Assembly (NCBI GenBank): GCA_030141605.1
Contig: JAQGDQ010002380.1
Coordinates: 310,001-374,000 of the forward strand
DNA from: Tubiluchus corallicola
Lineage: Eukaryota > Animalia > Priapulida
Direction of reading: 5' to 3'
Length of the DNA: 64,000 nucleotides
Part shown: positions 40,301 through 53,100 of the stretch, in pieces
Numbering within the stretch: the first letter of the stretch is position 1
Layout: every line of letters starts with the position of its first letter
Made by a program: the position numbers and the translations under genes
Notes under the pieces: generated by a model
The model's input: the letters and a program-made list of their open reading frames with translations, nothing else
What the model was told of the DNA's origin: nothing
The model's database searches: none

Positions 40301-43300
40301 GCTGAATTATTTCTTTAAAAAGGATAAAATAACTTATCTCAATGAATTCACTCCTGAGAAAGACCTGCATAAGACGTATCAGAACCTCATTATATCTCGC
40401 GCACAAGACAAATTTGTGTGCATGTTCATGGAAGAGGACCACAGTCAATGTTATATGTCAATTATTGTTCACAATAAGCCTACCTTGTGTTCCCCTCTTA
40501 CTCTGTATGCTTTCAAAAACGGGATCAGTGTGCCATTAATTAAAATCCTCAGTCCGAACAATGGACTGTCCTCTTACTCACAATTTTTCGCGGTTGTGAA
40601 TTCTGTTGTCAACCACATTCATCATGTTGATGATATTGTCAACAAAGTGACAAAGTCTCTTGAACTTGAACTAGCTCAAAATCGAGAACAATCTCCTAGT
40701 GTTAATGCTAAAGCCAAGAAGCTCAAATTTCTAACACGACAGCTTCGACTATTATGTGATAAGACTTTCACAGTGTCTGATTATTGCTTTGCAATAGAGT
40801 CATTTCCCCATTGCAATTACGAACAACTGCGTGACTTTTTAGTGTTACCCAGCAAAAGAAAGCTGCAGTCAGTTATTTCATCGACAGATATTGACAAGGT
40901 GCTAGGTAAAACATTTCAGAAAGTAAAAAGCTCTGAGCAGAAACACTGTATGCTATTGGTGGATGAAGTGAAAATATGCCCAACAGTGGCTTAAGGTCCC
41001 ATGTTGCTTAATTTTGCAGCTAAGGACACTGTGAGCAACAAGCTAATCCTGTCATTCGTGATAAAACAATAAAGAGACATTTATTTTCAGGGAGATCTTG
41101 GAAGCAAGGGCACCGGATATTTTTGCTCTTCCTGCAGCTAACACATCCCTGATGAAACTGTACGGTGTCCACTTGACGGTTAAAGCTCCAGCCAACTCCG
41201 GCTATGACTTTTATTCCCGCAGTTTTTTTCCCTGGATTGGAACGTCTGAAGATCCAGTTTGTGGTAAACAATTTGCATTGTTTATGTAAGAATGAATGAA
41301 TATACTATTGATATATATGAATTAATTATAATTATCTTTGCTTTAAAGTAAAGCTAAACAAAAGAAATTATGTTTATTATTCTTGATGTGCACCATTTTG
41401 CTGCGTCTGTGTTTGCCAGTAAGTGGCGTACTCTACTGGCGTTGTTTTGTAACTTTTCTTTCTCTTTTGAAATGCAGCACAACTAGGGTTGTGGTTTATA
41501 CAGTAAAATAATTAATATTGGAACATACGATAATTTGAGGCTTCATGCCATACAAAAGAGGTAGCTATACGAAGATTGTTAATTAGTTAGTTAGCTATAT
41601 AAGCTAGTCAGTTAGTCAATCAGTTAGTTTTGGCAAGTTTTCAGTATGGCATGTTGGGTTGGACAGCTGGGTGTTCTTGGCACTCTTGGCGGCTTTACAT
41701 TCTTGGAGGCTTGGCGATGGGGTGGAAGACAGAGGCAAGATTTGGAGTGGAAAACAGGTAGAGTGTCGGCAGTGGGACTGATGTAGGAAGATAGTAGGGT
41801 GTGAAGAGAACCACCTAAACTGCAAGAGTGCCCAAATCAATACCAAAACACTAAAATGATCCCATGCGTGTGTCTAACATTGCCTATTTTTGTGTTTAAT
41901 TTTGAATTGACTGCTTTCTCATTAAAAAATTTTTCAAAGATAGTATCTCTGCCAGCACACGCACACAGTATGACCACGAATCCGTAGTGCATTCGCCAAA
42001 TTTCACCCAGTGATTTCGTCATCATCACAAGCCTGTTATGTCAATTGTAGACATTGGGTAGGCAGAACTCTAAAATAAAAGAAATCTGCCCTCAAGACAG
42101 GTAAACACAGCAGTAACCTAGCAAAAAACTAGACACTGCTTTGGCAGTGGCTTGTTCGCAAGAGCTAAAATCTTCGCAGCCGGCAAAAATGTCGGCTGGC
42201 TCCACTCATCTCTGAGTGGCTGGTGCGACTAAAGCTGGGTTTCTTATCGGCTAGGTCGACTGTAGAAGTGAATTGCCTGGAGTTCAGCTGAAACGACATG
42301 GCTCATGCCTCTAGTTTTAAGATGAAGATTAGTTTTAGTTTTGTTCTGTGTTAGTCTTGCATTTTCTGTCTTAAGTCTGACTGAAAATCACTATGTCACT
42401 GAAGGAGTTGCCAGTTTTATGGTTTTTCTGTTGAGGTGGTTTCTAACTTTGCAGTTTTTATGAGAATAATGAAATTTTGGCCACAAAATATTCTATCCAG
42501 TACAGAAGGACTTATGTGGTAATAGTTCCAGTGAATAAAGTATACATTGTAGGCCTGATTTTCAAAAACATGAAATGTTTTTTTTTCAAAAACATGAAAA
42601 GCCTATCTTAATTCATTATATTTGCATGTTTAAAGTTTGCAATGTTTGATGCCAGTAATCTCCAACTAATTTCTGACTATGTTAGGGTCGGCTCACACTA
42701 TATTTGGTTGTTACTGGCAAAAAGTGCTGGGAAAATCAACTTTTCAAGGTAGGATAATTTGCTGTTTTATGACGTTTGTTATAATTTAACTTATGATGCT
42801 TATTCGTTTATGATCTGATTTTGTATGTTTTTCAGTATGTCAGTAGATCTCAATTTAAATTCTGTGCAAGATTATTACCATGCTGACAAAGAGCGACATA
42901 GGTTTGATTTACTTAATGTCGTACAGCACACTGTAATTTAATGTGTGTAAAGTCCTCGAAAGGTTAAAAAATGAAAATTTCCAGCCATTGTAAATAACTG
43001 CGTCTTAGTTTACATAATTTTTCACAAAAAATTACAGAATGCTATAAAATATAATTGTTATTTTGAACAATATATATTTTTAGTGGCCAGTCACAAAGTA
43101 TAATTACTGCCCTGCAATACCATATCACATAGACTTGTGCAGCATATGTTACCGGAACAGTATCTTGCTTAACCCTTTTACCGCCTCCATGATGTACTAT
43201 TATGTCTATTTTTTGTATTGGCTTATGCCTATTTGATGTACATATTTATCATTAGTATCTAGCGCTCCATTTAAACTCTGGCGAAGTGTATTATCGCTTA

Positions 43301-44340
43301 GTTTAGTACGTTTAGACAGCTAGCAGGGCCCAGCACAGCTCCAGGAATATGTGTAAACTGAGTTTGACCTTATTTCCTTGGCTACATAGCACATCTGCTA
43401 CGTACATATATGTCTTCGACTGTGAATTCTGCATCATTTGAAATTTGCTGTTTTTGCACATTTTTATTATTATTAATAATAATCTTTTGTTCGTATAAAA
43501 TTTTTTATACAGCAATGTAGTTTTAGTATAAATAATTAATACAATGAAAAATAATTTTTGTTAGTAATTAAAAAACAAGAGATTTAGAGATTTTAAGACA
43601 ATTTTCAGCAAAAAGCTTAAAGATTTGATAGTTTTGGAGGTTTTAATGCATATGCACACTCTCCCACTTATTTTAGAGATGATGGACCTATATATATATA
43701 TATATATATATATATGTTCTAAACATTCTTGATAGATATATAAAAATGATCTGTAAAGGGATTATTATTCTTGTACACAATTCTACGTGATTTTAAGGCT
43801 TTTGGTTTTTGCATGTATTTTACTTTTGATAAATGTATACCAAAACAAATATATTTTTAATTGTGACTTGCACAAGTTGATTTTCGGGCTGAATTTAGGG
43901 GCTGAAGCTGTTTTACTTGCATGACACTATAATTTTGCTTTGGAGGTTCATTTATTGATCTAAATTCAGTTTCATGTGCAGTTTCATATCACCATATTGC
44001 CTCATTTGCAAATAAATATAAAACTTAAACAAGTAAGTAAATATATAGGCCTAACAAATTTTCGTGAATGAATGTAATGATTGATTGATTGAATGAATGA
44101 ATGAATAGGTGGGTGCATGATTGATTTTTATTTGGCTTGTTGAAATCATATCTTTTTTTCTTATGAACAATATCAAAATAAAGTTGCAAAGTTGTTATTT
44201 TGTCATGTGCTTTGTGCGTTTTTGTAGCTCGTCAGTGCTCAAAAAGAGGAGGAGATGTCTACGTGAATGTACGAGAAGACAAGAGAGTCGAGATTGGAGG
44301 CAAGTCTGTAGTCGTTATAGAAGGAAAGATCTATTTATAG
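34371..44340 (+). CDS. PBLD: PhzF/PhzC-family (PBLD-like) protein, copy 1, 296 aa, 7 coding exons
   Basis: Exons 34371-34481, 35277-35475, 37384-37526, 39020-39108, 41091-41263, 42686-42748, 44228-44340 (891 nt, GT-AG, open). Motifs VDAFT, GNATVVC, EMNLPITGF, LRWFTP, LCGHSTLA, TLSG, DFYSRSF, EDPVCGSAH, SKRGG. Confidence 0.95.
35509..36879. mobile_element. hAT-like non-autonomous element in PBLD intron 2 with nested MITE pieces
   Basis: TAGAAGCTGAAGC...GCTCTGGCTTCTA termini; 8-bp flanks TGTAAATC/TGGCGATC (TGTCGATC in copy 2, element 51308-52103); same family in intron 5 (about 41836-42313 and 56516-57267). Confidence 0.65.
35514..35702. repeat. 60-bp tandem repeat, about 3 copies
   Basis: CTGAGTCAGTTGCTACTAAATCA at 35521, 35581 and 35641; single copy in unit 2. 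Confidence 0.93.
37830..38170. repeat. 66-bp tandem repeat, 5 copies plus a partial
   Basis: CTTTCTTGCCTGCAATACTC...AAAGGG at 37830, 37896, 37962, 38028, 38094; one copy in unit 2 (about 53056-53132). Confidence 0.97.
38588..38882. mobile_element. PIF/Harbinger-like MITE (paralogue at 53559-53853)
   Basis: TAA|GGGTGCATTCAGACTAGCGAGTTTTCT...AGAAAATTTGCTAGTATGAATGCTTCA|TTA; TIR of about 27 bp with TWA flanks. Confidence 0.7.
39587..40993 (+). mobile_element. 3'-truncated P-element-type transposon (THAP domain plus N-terminal transposase), frameshifted
   Basis: Begins CAAGG; THAP-like VFRLP..KQKWL..ICEKHW..PPSIF; LVLPSKRKLQ and CMLLVDEVKI resemble P/THAP9 transposase; absent from unit 2. Confidence 0.8.
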
Positions 44341-47300
44341 TCTAAATCATGGAATCGTACTTTATCTGATTGCTTTATCACAGTGTTGCCATTCTGGTTG
44401 ATAAAGATTATTGTTTTGGAAGCTAAAAATTATAGTATTTTCCACCATATTATCGCATCTTCATGCAAAATTCAAAATTTCTGTGTATTTGCAGCAAATT
44501 GTTATTATTATTGTATAATTATGCATTTAATAAGTAACCATAACACCAAAAAGTACTGTAGAAAACTGGCTATTTGTTTTACAGATTTTATTTTCCACTC
44601 ATTGTAAAAAAGGTGAAACTGCAAGAGAAACAAGAAAAAAGAACATGAAACAAAAGTAAATCCATAACAGACATGCAAAAAATAAATAAAGGAACAAGCA
44701 TTAGCAAATTAACAAGCATACTGAAGCAGAATTTACTAATAAATAAACTTCCTGACATATCACAAATCAGCATGCACGCCTACACAAAAACACGCATATG
44801 CATATGCAGTTGCAAAAAAAAAACAATAATTAGGCATCACCGTAACACTATTAGAAACTACCAAGCTGACAAATAAATTACTGCAAAGTTCTGCATAAAA
44901 ATGAAGAAACATAAGAACTTACAAACGTTTGAGGATCTGTAGAAAAAACTTTAAGCCAGTCTTCAGAAATTAACAGAGACATACTGATTCTACAACGGTG
45001 GCATACTGACTTCACAACTACTATACCACTAAAAACACAATTTTTTCCTATTCTAAGGCTATCTAACCACTCATACAAGAGCGGCCAAGCATGTCAAACA
45101 AACTCTACAGGTAATGCAAAATGAATAATGACACTCTAGAATCAAAACACCTGGCTTCACTGTACCCAAGCTGGCCTGAGAGATAACAAGTACCATTAGC
45201 AAGTGTAAAATTAAGTTTATCAAAACACAGTAGAATGTCGCTACCAGTCTCTTTTGAAATTACTGCTTTTTTCTGAAAACTTTGACCACTAATTGCGACC
45301 AGCATGGTTTGGATTACAACGAAGTCAAAATTTGTTTACTTTCCCCTGGTAAGCAGTAATGTTTTTTGTCTAAATTATCGTATAATTATCTGTTATCGTA
45401 CAGTCTGTTTTTTTTGTATGGTATGAAGCATCAAATTATCGTATATTCGAATAATTATCATATAAAAAGCAACCCTGTTTATCATTTTCATGTCAGGTAA
45501 GTGCTAGAAAATAGAACGAAGGTAGAACTGTAGCAGTGCGTAGTTAATATAAAAAAGAGTTCCTTTAAGGGAAAATAGAATGGTGTATAATGTTCTCTTA
45601 TGATCAGTGATTATTTTATCATTGTTGTGTTTTTAATTAGAAATGCTCCTTTTAAGGGAAAATTAAAATAAGCTTTTAGCATGTAGTGAACTGAGTGGAA
45701 TTCTGAAATAGTGTTGTTCCCTATAATAATTTTACAATTTTAGTCAAAGGATTATGTGCAGTTTTAATAGAAATATTATTTTATGTTCTATGCACTAAGT
45801 GGGATGGACGTTTTTGTTGTTGTTGATGTATACTATCTTTTCTCTATATACCAGCTAGACTACACCACTATTGTTATGCATTTGGGAAGTTTTACTTATG
45901 GACCAAAGTTGACCTTACCTTTTTTGCCCATTTCTGAAGTTAATTATTGTAGGTTTTATATTTTAGAATTTAAATGTGCCACATTGTTGCTTTATTAGGG
46001 TAGAGGATTGAGTGATATTTTATCAATTGTGCCAAATAAATTAACTTGTTCTCGGTTAAAGCGGCTTAGGACTATAATAATGGCGGTTATATGCGCCATG
46101 CAATTTCTATATTTGAATGAAAATACAGCATTATTGTGTAAATTGTGCCAAATAAGTTAATATGTTTCTGCTTAAAGTGGATTATCAAGTTACTGCTGTG
46201 TTATTTGATTACAGTAATTTTTGTGGCTTTATAAATCGACCAAGTCCACATTAAGATGAAATTATATTTTTTGTAAACAGGATGAAACAGGATAGGAAAT
46301 AAGTTAACAGGTTTCTGCTTAAAGCAGATTACGAAGTTACAGATGCGCTAAGCTATACTTTTTGATTACAGTTATATTTATAGCTGTATAAATCGTGGAT
46401 TGAATAATTAAAATGAAATTATTTTTGTTTGTTTAATGAGATTATTCTTGTTTATTTAAACTTTAACTATGTTTCTGTGTTACAATAAATGAACTCAAAG
46501 CAGAAAATGCAGTTCCTTATATGTTTAAATTCCTGGCAAGAATAAGGGGGCATTTTATAGTACAATTCTAATGTTGTATATGTTAGATATCATGAAGCAA
46601 TATAAATTTATCAGAATAGCTCATTGCCACACTTAAGATTTCTGGAAGTCAGTGATCAAAAGTTATATTACTGCATATTTTATTTAATAAAAACTTTAAT
46701 TTGGAAACAATATGCAGCCAATAATATGTTAGAATCTTGCTTGTTTCTTTTGTCACATCAAACTCGCATGTACACAATCTCTAAGAACACTTAAATTGTT
46801 GCATGAGGTCTGTCTCAACAGTAAGAACAGCTACGTGTGAGAGTTTTCTATACAATAGCTTACAATAACTGTACGATAAAATGATTTACTATTACCAGTT
46901 GACAGAGTACCAAAATGTGTAGAAATGAAGAAGTGAACTCATAAGATATCATACTAAGTGCAGGTGATGCTACTCATTGTATAATAAATAAAAATTGGAA
47001 AAAGTCAAAAAGTTGATAAATCTTGTTGCTGTCTCAGTTGATGTGACTTATCAAATGCACTTTCACTGTTTCCTTCATGCACTTTACTTAATCACAGCCT
47101 CTTTTTGTTGTTAGCTGATGTTATTTTGCGTAATTTGTTGTGATTTTTGTTATAAAGTTATGCAATTTGTTTTGTTTTTTTACAGAAGAAGTGGTAGTTT
47201 GTTAACATTCTACTTTATTTAATCTCATTTTAGGTGTCAGTTTATGTGCGTAATACATATTTATGGTAAAGTTTTTTCGTGTTAGGCTGCTTTAAAAAAA

Positions 47301-47541
47301 TTTCTTATTGACAAATAAGAGAAATGCTCACCTACTATGCAAGCAATTATTTAAGTCTTGCTAAAATTAATAAATGATCATGGCAGCAATTTATCGTTAA
47401 AAAAATTAACATTGTTAATACTAAATTACTAGCAAAATGAGCTTAACCAAGCCTAGCCCTAGGTGTCTGATATGAGAGTCGTCGTAAATACGCTGTCAAC
47501 GCGTTGCCAAACGATCGGTTTTCCTGTTGAAGATATCCCGT

Positions 47542-48265
47542 TGTGGGATGTGTGAAAAAGTGGGATGCATCGTGAGGGATATTTTAAATTTGAGTGATAT
47601 AAACAAAATTGGTAGGTTTGCAATACAGATAAGGCTGAACCTCTTACAGTCAGTTATGATACTAGTGATTTATAATACAGAAACATGGAGTGAAGTAACA
47701 AAAGTAGAAATGGGTAGGATGGAAGAAATTCAGAAGGATATGTTACAAAAACTAGTAATTTATCACAGAAGGTGTCAACTAGTTATAGGGGTATGCTAAT
47801 AGAACAGTGTACATAAGTATATACTGTAGGTATACACTTTGGGCATATTAAGACTCTTAAAAAGTTAACCTGGAAGAAACATGTAAAAGAAAACGTAAAA
47901 AAATTATTAAAATTACTGCACATCACCAGATATACTCAAGAACTAAGTTAAGGTTTTTATCTTATGAGCTGAGCACGATAAACCCAAGCAGTATATAACT
48001 GAGTTAACACTAGAACAGACAAAAAGGGTTTTAGAGATAAAGCTTAATATGCTACCACTAAAATGTAATTATAGAAGTAAGTTTAAAGGAGATATATGGT
48101 GTCCGCTATATGGTAAAGACAGGATCTATTTAGATTGTTATAAGAAATGTGCTACCAACTACAGAAGTAAATTTCCAAAGTCTGATTGAGTCAGAAGATG
48201 CACAAATAGCAAAGCAGTAGGTGGAATTTGTTCAAATAGCAATGGAAACAAGAAAAAGAAGAGGT
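47542..48265 (+). mobile_element. Degraded LINE 3' fragment (paralogue at about 61930-62650)
   Basis: LLQSVM..VIYNTETW..MEEIQ and KLNMLPLKCNYRSKFKGDIWCPL, typical post-RT LINE sequence. Confidence 0.65.
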
Positions 48266-48556
48266 GTCGTGCTGGAAATTTAGCTACAATAATAATAGTC
48301 ATAAATGGTTGATTAGCATCAATGCTGATTACGTTACTTGTGTCTTGCGCGGTAACATTCCTTTGTGCCTATCTAACCAGATAGAGTTAACACCGAGGAA
48401 ACAACGAAACAACATGTGCTTACTGGAGAACCGCAACTGCCGCGACATGACATAGAGGAAGTTGAGGAACTGCAAGATGTAAAATGTACAACAGTCGTCG
48501 TATAGAAAAATATAATCTTAAAGTGAACAATACAAAGACCAAAGAATACGTTATAC

Positions 48557-49561
48557 CCACTGCTAATTTAAACATCAACAATTCTTCCTAAATATCTTTT
48601 AATGACACAGATAAAGTCAAGGAATACATTATTTAAAAATGTGTATAGTTACCAGTCTCATGAAGAAGTGAAACAGCTTTGTACAAAAATGGGCAAATTT
48701 TCCAGGATTTCAAACATGTGGTGTAGATGAAATTGATAAAATGCATCTGAATTGCATATTAAAAGAATTTTGTAATAAACTTAAATCAATGTACAGAAAA
48801 CTATTTTTTACAAAGCTACATAATGATCCTAGACACAGTGATGGCAAAAACAAACTAAGATTTTATAGATATGTAAAAATCAATAATGAATTAGAAGATT
48901 ATTTCAAAATTATTTCTAATGAGAAACAGCGACAAATGATTACGAAATTACATAACAGCGAATATGACCTGGAAATAGAACGATTTAGATATCAAAATAA
49001 AAAAGGGCATGAAAGGCTTTGTCAATACTGTCACAACAATAGCTCAAAATTAGTAGAAAACAAATTATATTACCTTTTTACTTGTCTTTTGTATAAAGAT
49101 ATTAGACAAAAATATGAGCATAAATATATCTTTGCAAAAAGGTAACATATACTCAGTAATGTGGTTTTTTTCTAATTGCAAACCCAGAAGACCTTATTCA
49201 CTTTGGAAACTGCTTAAATGAATGTGATAAAAAAGGCAGTTATATCTTGGTGGTAATCTGTGAGTGCTGGATAAACCTTGTGCTGTGATTGTGTAATTTA
49301 ATCTCGTTTGTGATTATATTAATTATTTAGGTTTTGTGTTTTTACTACTACTTTGTAGTTGTAGCATAAAGTTTTATTTCGTAAGAGCACATAATTTCTT
49401 ATTAGATTTAAGTAAGTTGTACAAACTCGTGGTTTTGCAATGTTGCATAATTGCATCTGTATTTGTTGTTTTTCGTGTTTCTTGTACTTTGACTTTTTTG
49501 CAATTGTAATTTTTTGCCATGATACGCTATTGTATTTGTGCAATAGAACAAAATTGAAATT
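48557..49561 (+). mobile_element. LINE 3' fragment (RTE-X-like C-terminus) inserted in an older LINE
   Basis: ORF 48741-49145: KLRFYRYVK..ITKL..LEIERFRY..RLCQYC..VEN..YLFTCLLYKDIR; host sequence is contiguous in unit 1 at about 31394. Confidence 0.7.
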
Positions 49562-50163
49562 GAAGATGCGGTAATGATTCGTGGAAAAGATGTAAATAAC
49601 TTGGTAACTTGTAAGACACCGATGCCCACATACAAAGAAGGAAAATTCTTAAATTGTCTGCTTATTCACATATCTCAATGATTTTTGATAACAATAGACT
49701 TTCTCTTGAAACCAGAGTCCGGATTCTTTCAACTTTAGTTGAATCTGTGTTTTTGTACACTGCTGAGCTATGGACAATAAAAGTTAAGCAACAGAAGGAC
49801 AGTTGATGCTTTTCGAAGACGTCTCTATAGGAAATTACTCGCAATTAAATCGCCTGATAGAATATCCAATGATGATCTGTATAATGCAGTCAAGAAGATT
49901 CCTGGTAGTAGACAAATACAAGTAAGAAAATTGCTTTGGATTGGGCACACACTAACAGTAAGATTACCTCCTCTTCCTATGGTATTGCATAAAGCTCTTG
50001 AAACGACAAAAAACCAAGAGGCTGTCAACTAGGCTGACGTATTTAGGTTTTTGGTACAGATTTATGATCTAACATGTACATTAGGCAATTTGATACAGAC
50101 ATCATACTATATTCAAAATTTGTAGCTGCATATTTGCCATTAGTTTCTACTCAACAGACCAAG

Positions 50164-53100
50164 ATGACAAGTTTAAATAAGGGATGCACTTTGCCTTTAT
50201 ATGTGGTGGATGCTTTCACAAGCCAGGCATTTGCTGGAAATGCTGCTGCTGTATGTCTAGTGTCACACAATCAGGTAAATTAATGATGATCTGTCATTAA
50301 CAAACTTTTCGTCTTAATTTGTTTTCAGCTATTTTTATTGCACTGTTCTTCACTGCAAATAACTTGTGGTCCTGTAGCACAAACTCAGTCAATGTATGTG
50401 TCTTAATCGCACTCTTATTTATGTAAAGATATGAGTTTTTAACTACTAACTGATAATGTTTTTGTTATTTATTTATGTGATTAACTCAATGAATTAACTG
50501 TGTTACAATAAATAAATCATTATATTATAATATTTAAATCGCAGGCTTGCATAATAAAAATCACTGGTTTATTTTTAGAAATATTGAAACAAATTTAACA
50601 AGTTAGTTGAAAACAAAAGTGTCCATTTAGTCACAGCTGAAATCAATTTGTAATCAATTAAACTTATAACATCAGTCATAATAATGTCAGGATAATGGTG
50701 ACTGTGCCTTTAAGTTATGTTTGTATTTGGATCTATTATAATAGTAGGTGTTTTTCATGAAGATTTAGTATAATTTTAAGTGACAATTACAATGAGTATC
50801 AATGCAGAAAATGCATTTTGTTGTTGTTGTTGTTGTTGTTTCCGTTTCTACGGAGGCTTTGTAGTTTCTTTCTGCAATTCGAATAGATATTCTGAGTATT
50901 ATTTGAACTGTACAAAACAGGAGATATGTTATATGTTCAAAATCTATTCCAAACAGTCCGAAGGCTGTGTTGTTTTTATTAGTTGAATTGTGGTGTAATC
51001 TGCATTTCTTGGGTTATATTATTAAATGGCTGTAGACATTGTGATGTATATAGTCATTCGGTTATTCTATTTTAGGTAATCGACGATGCAAAAATGCAAA
51101 AAATTGCTTTCGAAATGAACTTGTCGGAAACCTGTTTCATTGCACTGCCAACAGAAAACGATTCGTTCAAGAATTCTTCCCGGTTTGGCCTGCGATGGTT
51201 TACCCCTGCCTGTGAAATCCAACTGTGTGGTCATGCCACTCTTGCTGCTGCCACGGTGCTTTTCTCTTGTGTTGGTAAGTTTGCTAAGCAGGACAGAAAT
51301 GTAAATCTAGAAGCTGAACCTGAGTCAGTGCTACTACATCAGCTGACACTCACAGTAAATCAGCCAGCTGGAGTTCACCATTAAGAATGACAGATTTTGA
51401 TTCTTATGTCCTGCAGCAACAATTTAGCGTTAGTTTGAATAGTTTTATTTGTGAACTGGCTTAAGTGATTCGACAGCACACCCCTTTATATGCCATATAT
51501 CTCTCTATATCTCTCATATTTTATGTACTCACAATGTTAAAAAAAATCTCCTGGCTTATAATCTGGCAACTCTAGCAATGGATTTATTGCAAATATAATT
51601 TAAATCCAACCCTTGGCAAGGCTTATCTGGATTACCAACAAATCAATACTAAAATACCAAAATGATCCAATACGTGTGGCTAATGTTGCCTATTTGTGCA
51701 TTTTATTTAATTTTGAATTGACTGCTTTCTCATTCAAATATTTCTGAAGTTTAGTATCTCTGCCAGCACACGTACAATATGACCGCATTGCGACCAGTGA
51801 TTTCATCATCATCATAAGCCCGTTATGTCAATTGTAGACATTGGGCAGGCAGAACTCTAAAATAAAAGAAATCTGCCCTCAAAACAGGTAAACACAGCAG
51901 TAATCTAGCAAAAAAACTGGACACTGCTATGCCAGTGACTTGTTCGCAAGAGCAAAAATCTTCACAGCTGGCAAAAATGTCAGCTACCTCGACTTCCGTC
52001 ACCGAGCGGCTGGCACGACTAAAGCTGGGTTTCTTATCTGCTAGGTCGCCTGTAGAAATAAACCGACTGGAGCTGAGCTGAAGCGGTATGGCTCTGGCTT
52101 CTATGTCGATCCCTTAAGTATTTTTCACGTTGTCTTGAAAATCAGGGAGTTTTTATTTGCCAACCTAATACCAAACGAATTCACTGTGAATTTATTTGTG
52201 TGCTAATGCGTTTACTTCAAATAAGCTTCCATGCAGTTTTGCTTTTTTTCTTCTATTGTTTTTTTAGATTGTGTGCCTTTTTTGCATTTTAGGACTTAAA
52301 GCATTCCGCTGTTTTCAGTTCTCATCATATTTGGCATTTTCTTAGGAGACTGTCAGCTTTCCCTTCTTTTCATCTGCACTTTAAAAAATTGGAAAAGGAA
52401 AATAGTGCCTGTTAACCATATTCTAAACCATATTCTATTCCAATAATGAAATTACAATTAGGCATTGCAATATTTGATTGTATTGCTAATCCACTAATGC
52501 TACGATTAGGCTCTAAATATTTGTGAAATTGATAATCATTATGATAGGGGGGTCTGAAATTAAAAGGCAGCTAGTGAATATATCTACAGCTATGTAAATT
52601 ATTACAGGTAACGAATTTACAGAGATTACATTTGATACGCTAAGTGGACCACTTGTTGCCAGAAAAAAAGAGGACAATTTTATTCTGCTAGATTTTCCTG
52701 CTAATCCAACTATTAGTGTTAACAAGGAAAATGTTAAAGATCTTTTAAAGGTACCTACTGTTTTGAATGACCTGTAAAACAAGTTTGCCTGGGTTTTTGT
52801 TGTAAGTAATTTTATCATTGAAGCTTTTAGCAGGTAGGTGGTTGACAGTTTGGAAGACATTCTGACGCCTTGGTATATTTATGTATTTTAGGAAATTTCC
52901 GGCGTTACTTGTTTTAACTGTGTGTGCTGGCCATGTTTTTCAAATGTATCATATGGGCTGTTTTTTTTTGGCCAATAGCTAAATTGCATCTTTGCACAGA
53001 CTTTTTTGAAGGCATATTACTTAGTATTATCTTACTTGTATTACTTAGTATTACGCTTTCTTGCCTGCAATACTCATGTAAATAGAAAAGACACATTTTC

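Noticed and set aside
44557-45187. 630-bp segment present only in unit 1, bounded by AAGTAC
   Set aside because: Cannot tell insertion from microhomology deletion; no recognisable element features.
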